From: Tubiluchus corallicola
Taxonomy: Eukaryota; Animalia; Priapulida
Direction of reading: 5' to 3'
Length of the DNA: 64,000 nt
Assembly: GCA_030141605.1 (NCBI GenBank)
Contig: JAQGDQ010000823.1
Coordinates: 27,419 to 91,418, forward strand
Every line of letters begins with the position of its first letter. Positions within the stretch are counted from its first letter, which is position 1. The notes beneath the pieces are model-generated. The model searched no databases. It had not been told where the DNA came from and saw nothing but the letters and a program-made list of their open reading frames with translations. The position numbers and the translations under genes are program-made. Of the stretch, positions 22,501 through 37,500 are shown in pieces.

Positions 22501-25500
22501 ATTGAAAAAAGTTGTACGACAAAAGTTGAACATTGTCACCTATGAAGTCAATTGTTAAAATTTACATATGTGTGCTTGTATAGGAAAATCATCTATAAGT
22601 CGGCAATTAAGTTTTTCTAGTTATTCACATATCCTGAATCTCCATTTCATGAGAAACATTTTGATACAAAGCTCATCACTCTATGTTATTTCTAAGCTCA
22701 GATAATTTGTGTTGAAGTTGAGGTGCAGGCTGCACACTGAAAAACATAATCTCGAGGCTATTAAAGTTAGCCTTTGTTTTTTGCTGCGTTTCTACAAAAC
22801 ACTTAGCAGCTGCACAAATGTTGGTTGTTACGGACTTTGCAAGAGCACATTTTAGTTATATTTAAATCCAGTAGATGGCTCTTTCCGACAAAGGTCTGGG
22901 CTTAGTAACAGAAAAACCCCCAAGCAAAATGATTGCTTCTACAAGCTGTTATCAGAGTTTGAAAATATGAGTTTTTTACAATTGCATTACTAGTTTCTTG
23001 TCAGAGAAGTGGATATAGGGTTATAAAATTTAATTTTTAGCATTTTCTTAATAATTTGATGCAAATAAAAATCCAATTTATTTAGCATTTGTTTTTACAA
23101 AAAACAAAAAACTGATATTTGACCAAATTTTTGGTGCATTCTAGTTTGAAGCATCATAACGTAGTTTTAATTATGTCGACTTAAGGATGGCTTTGGTTTG
23201 CAAGCACACGTATGATCCTGACTATCACATAACTGCCAAGTTTATGCTGTGATATTATTCAAGTGACTTTACCTTTCCTAAAAACTGCAAGTCGTCAATA
23301 CGCATACGAACAAAATATATATTGTGAAAAAATAGTTTAGTAAAAAAAACTGTGCTCCACCAGGATTTTAACACAAATCTTTGCACCCAGTAGTTTCATC
23401 AGTGTTTGGGAAACTTACTCTCATGTAATTGTACATGCACAGGGCCATCCAATTTGTCAGCATCTTCTCAACTACCGACTCTGTGCGTCTCAGCATCAGT
23501 TGCGGATGCTTCTTGTCCACAGATTTGCTAATCAGTGACTGTAACAATGCCTTCATAATTCTGCAGAACAAAAGAATCAGTAACTGTAACAACATTTCTT
23601 ACTCAAGATTTGGTAAATGTCGAACTCACACACAGTGTTCTATTGCCAAAAACAGCAAAAAAAACATTCTTGTTTTGACAAATTTCTATGGTTTATTAAA
23701 GGAAAGCTAGACACAATCTTAACCCTTTCACTATGGAAGGCGACACACTGTCACCTATGTTTTTCATGCAAGGTACTGAAGGTGGCAAACTGTCGCCCGA
23801 GCTCAGCACTAAGCGCAGTTACCCAGGTCTGTTTATTTCACTGTCTATGCAGAAACATTGTAGGAAAGTTTAACAGACGTGGGATTGTGGCTGCCTCGCA
23901 ACAAGTACCACTAACCAGCCAGTCAGCGTCTGAAGCCAGGTGCATTTTGAAGTCACGTGCAGTCCACAATACTGTACTGTACTGATGAAATGTATGTTTA
24001 GTTGATTGTTCTGCATTCTTATAAAATGATTGCATATTATGGACTAGTAATATGACCTTTGTGTAAACTGGCTTCTAAATATAAGTTTGTAGTTATTTGT
24101 GTGGACGTGCGCGTGCGTGCATGCATGAGTGCATATACCAGATTCTGTTTCAGTAACACACCACAAGAAGTTATTGTCAAATGTGCAAAGGCCAACGCAA
24201 CCCTGTTAAAAAGCAACTACGTACTGAAAGGGTTGAACTATAACTCAAAACAGTGGAATGTTTCGTGCTGTTGAAGATTACGTTCAGTTGTGACGTCGTT
24301 AACCCTTTAACCATTGTTACTAAACTATTATTTAATTAAGAGAAAAGATTTACTATATTATAAGTGTTCAAATGTATCATTTTTACCGCACTTGAAAAAG
24401 GAATAGGATACGAAAAATCATCCTGTTTTCCTTTAACATAAATCTACAAATGGCAGTTCATTATTGAACGAACTCTAATATAACGTGACTTTGACTTTAA
24501 AATGCCTCTGCTGGTTAAATGGCTCTAAACAATAGACTTCTGTCATGCTATCAACATCTCTTTGAATGGGTCCTGCATTTGATTTCAGTTGGCAGTGTGC
24601 CAAAGATTATAAAATTTGTACACTAAGAAAAACTTGAACTTACTCTGTTGCGTAATCCAGCTTGTTACTTAGAGCGATCATAAGCAGAGATGCGACATTC
24701 ACCCTGGAAAAAACACAATAGTTAATGCTTTCTGTTCTGCCAAGGCGTTGAAACTATCTGACCTCACACATTTAACCATTACCTTAAACCGGACTTCAAA
24801 GTAAAATCAAGATGTGAAATCTTTCAAAACAGTTAAACTGAAACTCACTTGTCGCGGATCGTGAATGTTTTCTGTTCTTCCAAGGCATTGATCAACACCA
24901 GCAGAAAACTCCTGTAGTTTAGAAGCTGTTCAAACTGTAACATGGCTGTGTCAAAATTCGATCGACGGCTCTCCCTCTGCTTCAAAAAAGAGAATGCATA
25001 TTACCAAGGAGAAGCAACCAATCAACTACATTACATGAGAATTATGTCAATGAGCCAACTTACACTCATGCCTTATGTACATTTATAACAAATGTAAATA
25101 CAAAACTTGAGAATGTGTTAAAAGCTATATGCCGACTCGTGTACAGGTACTGTGGAACTGCAGCACTCCATATTTTCACTCTACGTTATCGATAATATTC
25201 AATATAATAAGTCTTTTTTGTTTAGTTCCTTCTTTATACTTGTACAGAACCAGAGTACGTGAGGGTAGTACTGTTTGCTTCACAGCCCAGCACTGTGCGC
25301 TCCAGCAAAGTGGTGTTTGGCTGTTGTGCACATGTGGACACGTGTACATGAGTTTGAGCCTAGGGTAGAGAAAGTACTGTTGCTCACACAGTTTGTTGTC
25401 AGTTGTCGCGTGCTTACCATGAATAGATCAAGCTTGAACTGCGACAATTTAGGCTATTAGTAAGTAAAAATATTTTTTATTTAGGGTTTTATCAAGTTTA

Positions 25501-28500
25501 TGTATGAAATTTCGTACGTTTGTTTTTTAAAAGTACAATTACAAATTACAATGTTAACATTACACAATTATGTTTGTTTCATTTTGCAGTATTAAAACAA
25601 TGGCTAAAAATTTTCTGAAGCAGCACCCCTACTAATTTTAGCTACGAGTCACCACTGGTGTCGATATCCTCCAATGCTGTAGTAACTACAAAAACTAAGC
25701 ACCCCATCTCATGTGTTCTCTGTAGGTTACTATACATAAGAGAGTTTCTATCAAAGACAAGCAACATTCTTCTATACAACAAAGACACACAAAATGTGGT
25801 TTTTTGTGACCACAGAAATGCACTCACCATGGGGCGTCGCAGAATCGGATGATCGTGAATTCCGGGAAAGAATACTTTCATTACATAAGTCCGGTGATCC
25901 AGAAACGGAATTCCGGTGGAAACCAGATCCTTTGTCAGATCTGTCATGTCCGTCTGCAGCTCGGCAAAGGCTGAAATACAACCAGATTTCAGTCAAATAG
26001 TACGGACCAAACAAAATAGGGTTACGTGATTACACTAAAAGCAATTCTGCCATGCAAAAACAAAGAGCCGTTCGTAGCTACAGTTTAATCAAATTTGACG
26101 TTTTGATGCATTTTTGGCAAACAGATGGCGCTCTTTCTCACTGTTACAATGAAATTTCATTTCAAAGGAAGCCAGGATGATTTCCGCATACTAACTCATT
26201 TTGAAATCTGGCAAAAATATAATTAATGGCAGGCAGGCCCAATTATTGATGACATCACAAACTAACATAATATTCAACAGAAAAAATATTCCACAAGCGT
26301 GTTGCACGTGTTTGCGAAAGCGAAAATTGAAGTACAGTGCTACTGTAAGATATTCAGTGTACTGTACTAAAACTAGGCGAGTTTCAAGATAAAAATTCAA
26401 ATTTCAAATTTACCGCTGTGCTCACACTGTTTGTCACAAACTAACACATCTGATCTGAGAGGTACAGAACCTGTTTTTTGTACAATGCATTTCTAAAATG
26501 CAGGCGCTAGTGCCTGTCTAACTAACGAATGGCGAAATGCATGTAACAGCGAAGAATTAGTGGCACGAACGTAAAATTATGTTTGTGCGGAAATCGGACT
26601 TATGAACGTTTTTTGCTACGCAAACATACATTTATAAAATAGACGATTAGATAAAAATAATTTAGTTGTTCTTTTATTCTATAAGTAAATATTGCTTACA
26701 AAATTGCCCAAAAACAGAAACAAAAAAATGGCATAAAATCTGAATTAATATCTTTTAGTATTTACGGATACGATTCAGTAAACAAAAAGAAAAGCAAGAG
26801 AATACAATCAGATATTCTGCTTTTTCAAATAAACTGCGTTCCTTCACGACAAATTCCTTTCCAGAACTTCTACAAAATCCCGACAACCCACCTTGTTTGC
26901 ACTCGGAGCGGACATTGCTCTCCAGCGTATCCATCTGGATCTGAATCCGCTTGTATTCCCTCTCCGCTTGACTACTCTTCCTCCGATACACGAATAAAAT
27001 CACCAAAATAACCAGCACAAGAAATCCACCGCAAGCGGCTATGGCTCCGATTGCGTACTCCGGCAACTTGTACGGCTCCACAACTTCGTACTGGAGAAAT
27101 CCGATGGGAAAATCCAGATTGCCAACTCTCACCTATAACAGGATAATCACTAATCAGCCAGCTAGTAGAGTGCCAGTCAAGCCTTTATAAAACACTGAAG
27201 CTGCTAAAAAACCGAGAGGTCAGAAAACTTTCTATTTAGAAACAAAGTCATTTCACGAAAAATGTTTTCCTTCAGAAATTATAATTTCTGGAAAACTCTT
27301 AAATGAAATAATAAAATTTTGTCCCACGTTAACAGTTCAAAACAAAATAAAAAAGAAATACAACTGAACCTAAGCAGTGGCATGAAATCAATGGCATTTA
27401 AAAATAATTACTTTGAAACATTGTTATGTTTAGACATTGTGGGCAAATCTAACAAGCCCTGCTTTTTGATTGCCCGCAACACATTTACATTTGTATATAT
27501 AGCAAACCTAAACTATGATATATCTAAACTAGTTATGTGCTCAATGTAAACTGTATACGAATTTACTAAGGAACATGCAACAGCGATAATTCTCTTGTAA
27601 ATCAACCCCACAGTGTTATGAGAGTCAAGTTAGTATATTTGTAATGATGCTATACATAACGTTGTTTAGACACCAGTATTATAGGAAGTAGCAATATCAC
27701 TATCTTTGTTTACCATAGGTTTACCATTTGTTTACCATAGGTCTAAAGACAGTCTAATAGGCAACTGAGTGAAATAACTAATAATTCAGCAAAATTGCAT
27801 AACTGACCCAATATTTTTGCCTCAGGCATTTAAAATAAGACACTTGTGTATAATCAAAGCACTTTTAACATTTCTTGTTATACAGCAAGAGATAATTTTG
27901 AAAAATGCAGTACAGCATAAAAAATCATGTGTGAAGACCTTATATTTAAAGTTTTGAAGCCTTCACAGTGTACACTAAGTTGATGAGTACTGACTCATAT
28001 GTCTACAGTAGTAATGCTACACTGTAGCAGACTCAGTCGGTTAATTGGGACAAAACATTCCAGCCCAAAGTGTGTCAACTAAGCACCACCTATTGTATAT
28101 CGAAAAATGATTTCGCTTACCCTAACCATTGGCAAAATACGGTTAGTTTCACGTCCATATTCATCAACGCCGGGTGGTTGGTGCTGCGGTGCGGTGCAAA
28201 CCAACTGTGTATGGGCAAGGGAAGTGACATTACATGGCGCATTGCCGACGGTCACGATCACGTCGCTCGTACCACTTGCAAGGTTGAGATTGTCACCCTA
28301 AGTTTAGAAAAATGAATGTAAACAAACAATTCAGGCAAGTTTTTGCTGCGAAGTTCTGCTCTGCTTTGAAAGAAATTAATTAAACAAAACCAGACTTTTT
28401 TGTCTTGTTTTTTTTTTGAGAAATCTATTAGATACTGACAAACGTGTAGAACTGGTACTGTCTTTTTTATGCATGTGCTTGCACGGCAAAATCGTCCATA

Positions 28501-31500
28501 AGTCGGCAATAATACATTTCAAGTTATTCACATATCCTGAATCTCCATTTCATGAGGATCAGTTTGATACCAAGTTCATCGCTCTATGTTATTTCTGATC
28601 TGAGATAATCCACGTTGAAGTTGAGGTGCAGGCTATACTTTGAAAACATAAAATCACTATTAATGTTAGCCAGTGTTTTTTGTCGTGTTTCTACAAAACA
28701 TTTACTGACCGCACAAATGTTGGTTGCTATGGACTTTGCAAGAACATATTAAACTTATGTTTAACTCCAGTAAATGGTTCTTCCTGATGAAGAACTGGGC
28801 TTGGCAACAGAAAAAAACAGAAGCAAAATGACAGTTTCCATGAGCTACTACCGAAGTTTTTTACAATTGCAGTACTAGTTTCTAATCAGAAAAGTGAGTA
28901 CGGAGTTATAAATTTAAATTTTTAGCATCTTTTAGACACGTTCTTGATAATTTGATGCTAGAATATAAAACTCCAATATATTTAGCTTTTGTTTTTATAA
29001 AAGACAAAAAATCGACATTGCATCAAATTTTTAGTCAATTCTACTTTGAAGCATCATAACGTAGTTTTAATTAAGCCGACTTATGGATGGTTTTAGTGTA
29101 CAAGCACACATATGTAATTTCTACTAGAGCTTATCAATGTTTAATTAGACTTTAAAATGCACATGCCGTCGTCCACTAACGACCACGATTGGTTCCGACG
29201 GATTAGTCGTAAGGCGTCACGGACGCAAGTCAGACCCAACTATGTTCAAGCGGTGAACCCCTATATGCAAGATGTTGTATGTGTATGCTTACTAAGCGGC
29301 ATTGCCTACAGGTAATTTACAAGAGCAGATGGTCTATAAAATTAATTTTCAAAAAACTGAAATAATAGTTATGTTATGTAAAAACAATAATTGGTAAACC
29401 CTGCATATAAATGATTTATCACAAGATATGCGAACATTTACCTCAATTATAAGTGAATCGCCGCGGTACAATTTTGTATTGTCTGGCTCAGCAAACGGTT
29501 TGTACACCGGATTCGGAACGTACAAAAGATTTGTGTTCAAGTTCGGATTCGTGCGGCTGAGATTCTGCACGGAAGCTACGTCATCCATGATAAAGCCCAG
29601 CTCGGCCGTTTCCATGACGATTAGCTCTCTGCGGATGCGTGATCCAACTGGCAGTGACGGTGATGGACAGTACATCAAGGTAACATTGATAACAGTGCAC
29701 GGCTGCAAAAAAACAGTTTTAGTATCTATACTAATAAACAGTAAACGTAAAAAGACCACTAGTTTACAATGTTTCCTTTCTGGTGTGTCAATAGATGTCA
29801 ACACCTCACGCATAATACACTAGTATTTTAAAACCAGCAAGTAAGTAAAGTAAGTTTCATAAAAATATGGTCCCTCAACCCAACCAAAACAAACAACAAA
29901 GTTCATACCATTTCTTCTGACTTTCGATTATTATAGATCGCAAAAATTTTCGGCATCTGGATAGAGGTCAAATACGTCCCCCGGACGGTCAAGCGACGTC
30001 CTCCGCTGTAGAAGCTTCGCAACGGAGATATGCTGGTAATGTTCGGATCCTCGGTGTAGGTGAACTGTCGCAGAAGGCGACGCTCGGCCGCATCGAAACT
30101 GATGGTAAAGCTGGATGTGAAGTACGGCATTCTTACATCAGATGGCGCTGCAGACGTTACACACGACATGTGATTGGTTGACATTCGTTCCCTGAAACAA
30201 GAAAATAGCGAGAAACATAATTTTTACTAAATTGTTTCGAATTCGGGAAATGAAATACCGTTCTTTTAAAGTATACCGTGTAAACTAATCCCTGTGATGC
30301 ACTACTTAACAAAATTTAAAGAAAAGGAACAGCGTTACTTTTTCGCTGTTACATGCATCTTGCCATTCGCTAGTTAGACGGGCACTAGCGCCTGCATTTT
30401 GGAAATGCTTTGCACAAAAAACAGATGCCGTACCTATCAGTTTAGATGTGTTCATTTGAGACGAACTATACACATTGGACAGCTCATGTGTGACTACAGC
30501 GGTAAATTTGAAATTTGAATTTTTATCTTAAAAACTTGCCTAGTTTTAGACCAACACATTGAATATCTTACAGTAGCACTGTACTTCAATGTTTTCGCAA
30601 ACACGTGCAACACGCTCGTGGAATATTTTTGCTGTTGAAAATTATATTAGTTTGTGATGTGTAAACTGTTTATGTGTAATTGATCCTTTCTGTATCTGTT
30701 AAGTATGTCATTAATTAAATGCCATTTTTGTTTAGGTATAGTTGCATTATTGCATTTACTAGTATAATACTTATTTTTGAGATTCCTATTGTAGTTATCA
30801 AATTTATTTCGTGCCTTTTTGTAATTATTGTAATTGCTTTTATCTTTTAAATGTTAATGAGTTCTATATAAGACACAATAAAAATGAATTATATATATAT
30901 ATATGAATGATGACAAGGTTTAAATATAAAACTGAAACTACGAGATTGTTGAGGAAAAGTCAATAACCCTATGACAAGCTTGTAAATGCTTTGATATCAA
31001 AACACTTCTAAGCCTAAACATTCCACTTTAATCAGTTTTACGTAAGAACAAAGGTAAGTAATGAACTCACTTTTCTACATGGCAATGCAATTCATCCAGC
31101 ATAGCAGTAACCTCACTACCAATGTGTAAGTTACGACCGGTGATGTTCAGCCGCGTACCGCCGGAACGTGGACCAATCAGGGGAGTGATTTGCACCAACT
31201 GAGGATCCTGCAAAGCCGCAATAAAGAGTCAGATAAATGCAAAAAGTTGGTTCTGATAAGAAACGCTAGCCTTAATGCTATCTAAAGCAATATCGGATAC
31301 GATTACATATGTGTGCTAGCCACAAATGTTGGTTGCTACGGACTTTGCAAGAACTACTACCAGACTTTGAAAATACAAGTTTTTCACAATTGCAGTATAA
31401 AAAAAATAATAATTGATATTTGACCAAATTTTTGGGTTATTCTACTTTGAAGCATCATAACGTAGTTTTAACTATGCCGACTTATGGACAGTTTTGGTTT

Positions 31501-34500
31501 GCAAGCACATATATCATTCCAAAGCATGCGCACAATGTTATAAACTGTATGAATCATCCGTAGTTTTTACTCTGTTGGTTTTATCTAGGATTATCACAAA
31601 AATGCAGGATTTGTGCAGAAAAAGAGACAAACAGAGCGCGTGTTATTGCAGCCCAAGTGGCAATTCTTTACTTTTACAATATAGAAATATTATTGCTTAA
31701 CATCAATTTAAAAGTGTTCGCTACCAAATCGTTAAAAAGTTTTTGAAATGTTTGATTCCAAGCTTCAGAATAACTGTTGTGGTCTACCAGTCTTAACTGC
31801 TCTAAAGGCATGTTCATACTAGCGATATTGCTGTTGCGAGTTCTCTCTAACAGCAAACTCTGACAGTTTCAGCAATCAATTTACCGCCTAGTGTGAACAC
31901 CTCCGCGAGTTACTCACGACACTCCTCAGAGTGAATAGAGAAGCAAGTGACAGCTCGTGCTTTCTGTCGGAGTGTAACTTACAGCAAGGTTTGCTCTTTA
32001 GTCTGAACATGCTTGCCAGTTACTTGGCGAGTTACTGCGAGTTAACTTGATAAGAAAACTCGCTAGTGTGAACGTGATGTTGGCTTACAAAGCATTACTG
32101 TCACAAATCACAACAAATAAAGCCAAGCAAGTATTCAAAACTGAAACAAACCGATTACAACCGCAGTTTAGTTTACAGTAATGCAGTTGTTTACCATGTA
32201 ATTTCGGACATAATGCAACATACCAAATAACGAAACTTCTGAGTTGATACGGCTTCTAACATACGCTTGACCCCACGTCGGCTCACGGCGACCGGACCCT
32301 CCTTCTCGTTGCGGGTGTACCCCGTGCGACAGACAAACCTCGTGGAGATGTCGTAGTCCTGCTCTACCCGGCAAGCAATGCCGGCAATGTAGGTGGCGTT
32401 GACAATATCACTAGGCTGCATGAGAAGATTACTGCCCCACACTGTCACTAACGTACCGCCCTCGACCGGACCGGCTTTAGGACTGAACTGCAAGTCAAAC
32501 AAAATATATGTTACATATCATGCAAAACACTACGATGATCCGTATTAACATAAAAAAGGTTGTTTTCACACACACATTAAACAATATTGTTTGGGATTTT
32601 GACAAGTAAACATTTGAAGCCTTGGTTATTAAATTTTGCTCGGCACTTTTTGTCCTCCATCCAAAATGTGACATTCCATGTAAACAACAAAAAATGCCCA
32701 AAAAATATCAGTGACCAAAAAATCAATAATACATAATTTAGCAGTTTTACGCTACAGAGTTTGCAGTAATTTATTGCTAATTTGAGATATAACTAAACGA
32801 GTAATTTTTAAAGTGACTGAAGAATATACATACAACCATGAGCATTCTAGACACATAACGTCAATATCTTTTAACTCATTATAACATGTTTTGAGTGAAC
32901 AAAATTCAATCGACTACTGAACCAGATCAAACTGATTAAGTGATTAGGCATAAAATCACCACAAGAGAAGGTCAATATAACTAGTGTTTGCTTTTATTTA
33001 AAAAATTCACTTTTGACCAAATTTTTGGTACATTCTACTTTGAAGCATAATAACGTTACATTTAAGTACTATGCTGACTTATGGATGGTTTTGGTTTGCA
33101 TGCATGTTTGCGCAAATGCAGTAATTCAGTTTTTTAACTGCAATGCATTTGTTTTAATAAATTTACTTCCTCATTTATTCACTTGCTTTTATCACAACCT
33201 AGGTACTGGTCTCTCCACAAACATCAACCTTAGGCCTTGTCAATCAGGAAAACATTAAATTGTCAAATATCAGTAAAAAAAATCTCAAAGTGCTTACATC
33301 GAATATTTCCGGTCCCGGGCAACTGTTTCGCACTTGTCCAAGACAGGAATCGCCGTAGCTGCAAGTTCCTCCACACCATGCACATCGGTAGCGATCCGGT
33401 CGCGTCAGGCAAATGCTGCAATCTCGACCCAGCTCACTGCATTTGTAAAGCTTGATGCTGGTAAAGTCTACGTGATGGTTGTTGTTCCAGACAACAGACA
33501 ATGTAGCCGAGATTTCGCCTTTTGCGTCCTTGTAACCATACTACGTAAGAATGGAACGATCAGTATAATGTAACGGTGAATATGTCATATGTCATATACA
33601 GTAAGTCGGTTAACGTTGCTAATGCGCTCCAGCAAAAAGCAACGTTAAGAGCAACATCGTTAAACGAAGCCAAGACTTCCATCAAAAGTAATGTAAAAGC
33701 ATTGAAATACGTTCCAGAGGCAAAAACCGATACTGCTTAAATTATATATGTTAAATATTCTATGAGTTTTATTCATATTTCTACTGATTAATTTCTTTCT
33801 GTTTGTCTGAAGCACACCATTACCTAGCTATAGCAGTTTCTCTTTTGTTAACTTTTAAGCCTAGGCAGAGGTTAAACAATAAACACTGCATTCTCAAAAC
33901 CAAGCTTTTGATGCGACCTTGGGAATTTTATCTCTAGATACAAAGTCTGGTTGCTATAGTAAAAGGTTGCACACATAAAGTTTGCTTGCTGGTCTCACTT
34001 GATAGAAATGGCTAACATTTAGTAGTCAGTTGGAAACAACAAAAACGTGTATAATAATTACGCTGTTTACGTTATTAGTACATTTTTAAAATAGAATAAT
34101 GCAACATGTACTGTTTTAATGCATCAAATTAGGTAAAAATGCTGTTAATAAAATAAAAATTTGCATTGAAACGAGTGTCGTTAAGTGAAAAAAGGTGTCA
34201 GATAATCAGCGTCGTTAAAACGAAGCGTCGCTAAACGACGAGTCATTAAGCGAGGACTTACTGTACTTCTAAGAGAGATCGACTTCAGACTGACAAAACG
34301 ATCTACTACAAATACTAATCAAGTTTTCTGAAAACTACTGATTTTTTACACATTTTTAATAATCAAGATGTAGTGTGGGTTAAGCGATAATCATCAAAAT
34401 ATCAATAAAAATCTGGCATCAAATTTTTCAGAAACCAAGGAAGTTGGCACCCCTTTCGGCTCCTGATGACGATCGGACAGCCTACTTCAATCTACGGCAA

Positions 34501-37500
34501 CTGTGAAAGATGCCTTCCAGTGCCTAGGCATAAAATTCTTTAACATCTTTAATAGGCTGTAGACATATCGGTTTGACTTTTAAATGCATTATATAAGGTT
34601 ATCTTAAAAATATTTAAAACTTAAAACTATATAAATCTGTACAAAAACTATACATTACGTAAAATTATACTAAAGCTTACCTGAAGACATTTTTATCGCT
34701 TATATCAAGTCGATTTTATGGAAAAATATATCGATTTTTATTGAATTTAAAAATCTGTTGCATCGTATCATATCATACAACAATAGAATTCTTGATATAA
34801 CATTGTTCAATCAGTATCAATTAACAACACTATGCTTACAGCTCGTGCATTGCAAACAATGGTCTGATTGTTGGTGCCTGGAATTTGGATGATTTCAGCC
34901 GGTGTAGTCTGCCGTTCCTGGCTGCCTGCCACCTGGAGAACGCATTCATAACTACTATCGCCTGGACGGAGAGTGGGTAGGTTGCTGGCCAATAATGTCA
35001 CCGATTTGGACAGCCCGCTGGGAAGGAGGTAGTCGGTAAACTCGGGTACGATAAACCTCGGACACTGATTAGTATCAGATATCAGGAGCTAAAAAAGAAA
35101 ATGCAAGTCCGTTAAATCACTTTCTTCATAGAAGAGACTAAAATCAGGTAGTAAATACATTCATATCTCGGTGTGACGGACACAGCTTTTAGAATCGGAC
35201 AAAATCTAGACCGTTAAAAGTTCCTGCATATTATGGACGCAGACGGTTTTTTCGCGAGCTGACTGCTAGTTGGTGGGCCGTTATTTTGTGTACATTATTA
35301 CATTAGTGCAACTAAGCAGCGTGTAACGACACGTGTGTAAGCTTGCATGTCAGCATGTTTTAAGTAGTTTAATCAGAGTCAAAAATATAGAGTCAATTAT
35401 GTGGAGTTATTTGCATCAATTGTCGACAGTTTTTATTCTTTGTGTGAAATTCTTTTTGAAAAATTGAATATACAGAGAAAAAAATTAAAGAAACAAGAGA
35501 ACGGAAAACAAAAACTCTAAGATCGCGCACTTACCTCTCCCGGATTACTTGAAGCACACTTATCGGGATTATCTGTGCACTTGTTACTGTAGACGCACCA
35601 ACTGCAGCCCCATCTACTGTCGACACACGACAAGCAAGTTGTGTGAGCACTGCAGTTGTAGAACGTGAACATGTGGCTCACGAAGTTAAAACCGGTTTCC
35701 GTCGACCGGATGTACAGCGGCACGCTAAAGTGATCTGAAATAATGAAGCCAAATAATCATGTGTGAGGGAACGAGTTACGACAAGTCACAGCTTCAGAAG
35801 GTACACGTGTAGATACTAGGACTCAGCATTCTCTATCAGAAAGCGAATTTCAGTATTTTGAATCCAAATTGAAGTCGAATTGAGTTTTTTTCGAACAAGT
35901 TTTCAAACCACTAGTAAAAAGTGGCCTTACAAAGACCACATATATTACTTGATTTTGTTCTGCAGTAAAATCACTATTAGTTTGCTAAAAATTTTGCCCA
36001 AAAACTGCAGCTAATGTTAAAAATTTTACACAAAAACTGCAGCTAAATTGTGCTAATTGCATGCAGTATCAATCATTTTAATGATAAAGAACATACGTGA
36101 CTGAAGTGCTGAATTATTCAAATCTATAATTTTACGCTCGAATCGAATTTGAACTAAAAAAACTCGTTTGAACTCGAACATTCGATGCTCACCCCAACTA
36201 GATGCTCAACTGTACACAACGTGAGACTTTTAGATACTTTCTTTTTACAATAACAGACACTTTTTTACCCTACTGATATCTCGAATAATTATTGATAAAA
36301 ATAAAACTAGCAAGTGACCTGACTACTTGAGAGTAATTTTACTGACCAAACACATACCCTCGTTTCCAGCAAACATTGCCAACTGATCCATAGGTGGCGT
36401 ATCGCACAACAAACCTGGAACATTCTTCAATACCTCGGCTTGAATGGGCTCAGCCGTGCCAAACACGCACGTGTAGCCGTACCCACGAGCCGTCCTTGGC
36501 AGCCGATTCACCCTCAGCTCCACCTATTGATAAAAAAAATCAAAGCTGCTTGGCTTACGAACAACGTAAAGATTACCTATAAGGATGAATTGAACCAGGA
36601 AGTACAATACTCAACGCAAACTTATTTTAGACGGTCTCCATAGCAACCATTACCATACATTGTTGTGCGATTCATAAGTCGCTCATTGTTCTGATGTGAA
36701 GTAACTTGTGCAAAGAACAGGCAGACAGACAGGATAAAGATCAAACAAAAAACAAGTTCTAATTACAGACAAATTAACTTGCACTTTTTTCTCAATTCTG
36801 CCAGGGTTTCACGCAGATAAATAGGGAAAATTCCCTACCTTATTCGTGTTTGTAACAGGAATGCTGCTCGGGATAACGCTGCTAAACTCGATGCATTCGT
36901 GCACGTTCACTGAAATCCAGCGATTCGTCGTGTTTGCATTGCTACAACTCGTCCTAAACATAAAATATAATTTAGAATAGTATTTGTGTGCTTGCATAAC
37001 AAAATCATCCATAAGTCGGCAAATAAACTTTTCTAGCTATTCACATATTCTGAATCTCCATTTCATGAGGATTATTTTGATACCAAATTCATCACTCTAT
37101 GTCATTTCTAAGCTGAGATAATCCACGTTGAAGTTGAGGATCAGGCTATGTACTGAAAAACATAATCTTAAGAAAATCACTGTTAAAGGTAGCCATTGTT
37201 TTTTGTCGCGTTTCTACAAAACATGGTATAAATGTTGGTTGCTATGGATTTTGCAAAAACACGTTGAACTTATATTTAAATTCAGTAGATGGCTCTTCTT
37301 GACAAAGATCTGGGCTTGGCAACAGAAAAAACCGGAAGCAAAATGACTGCTTCCACGAGCTGCTATCAGAGTTTGAAAATACAAGTTTTTTACAATTGCA
37401 GTACCAGTTTCTAGCCAAAAAGGTGGGTAAAGGGGTTTTAAAAATTAAATTTTTATTATTTTTTGAACATTTTCTTGATAATTTGATGCTAGAATATGAA

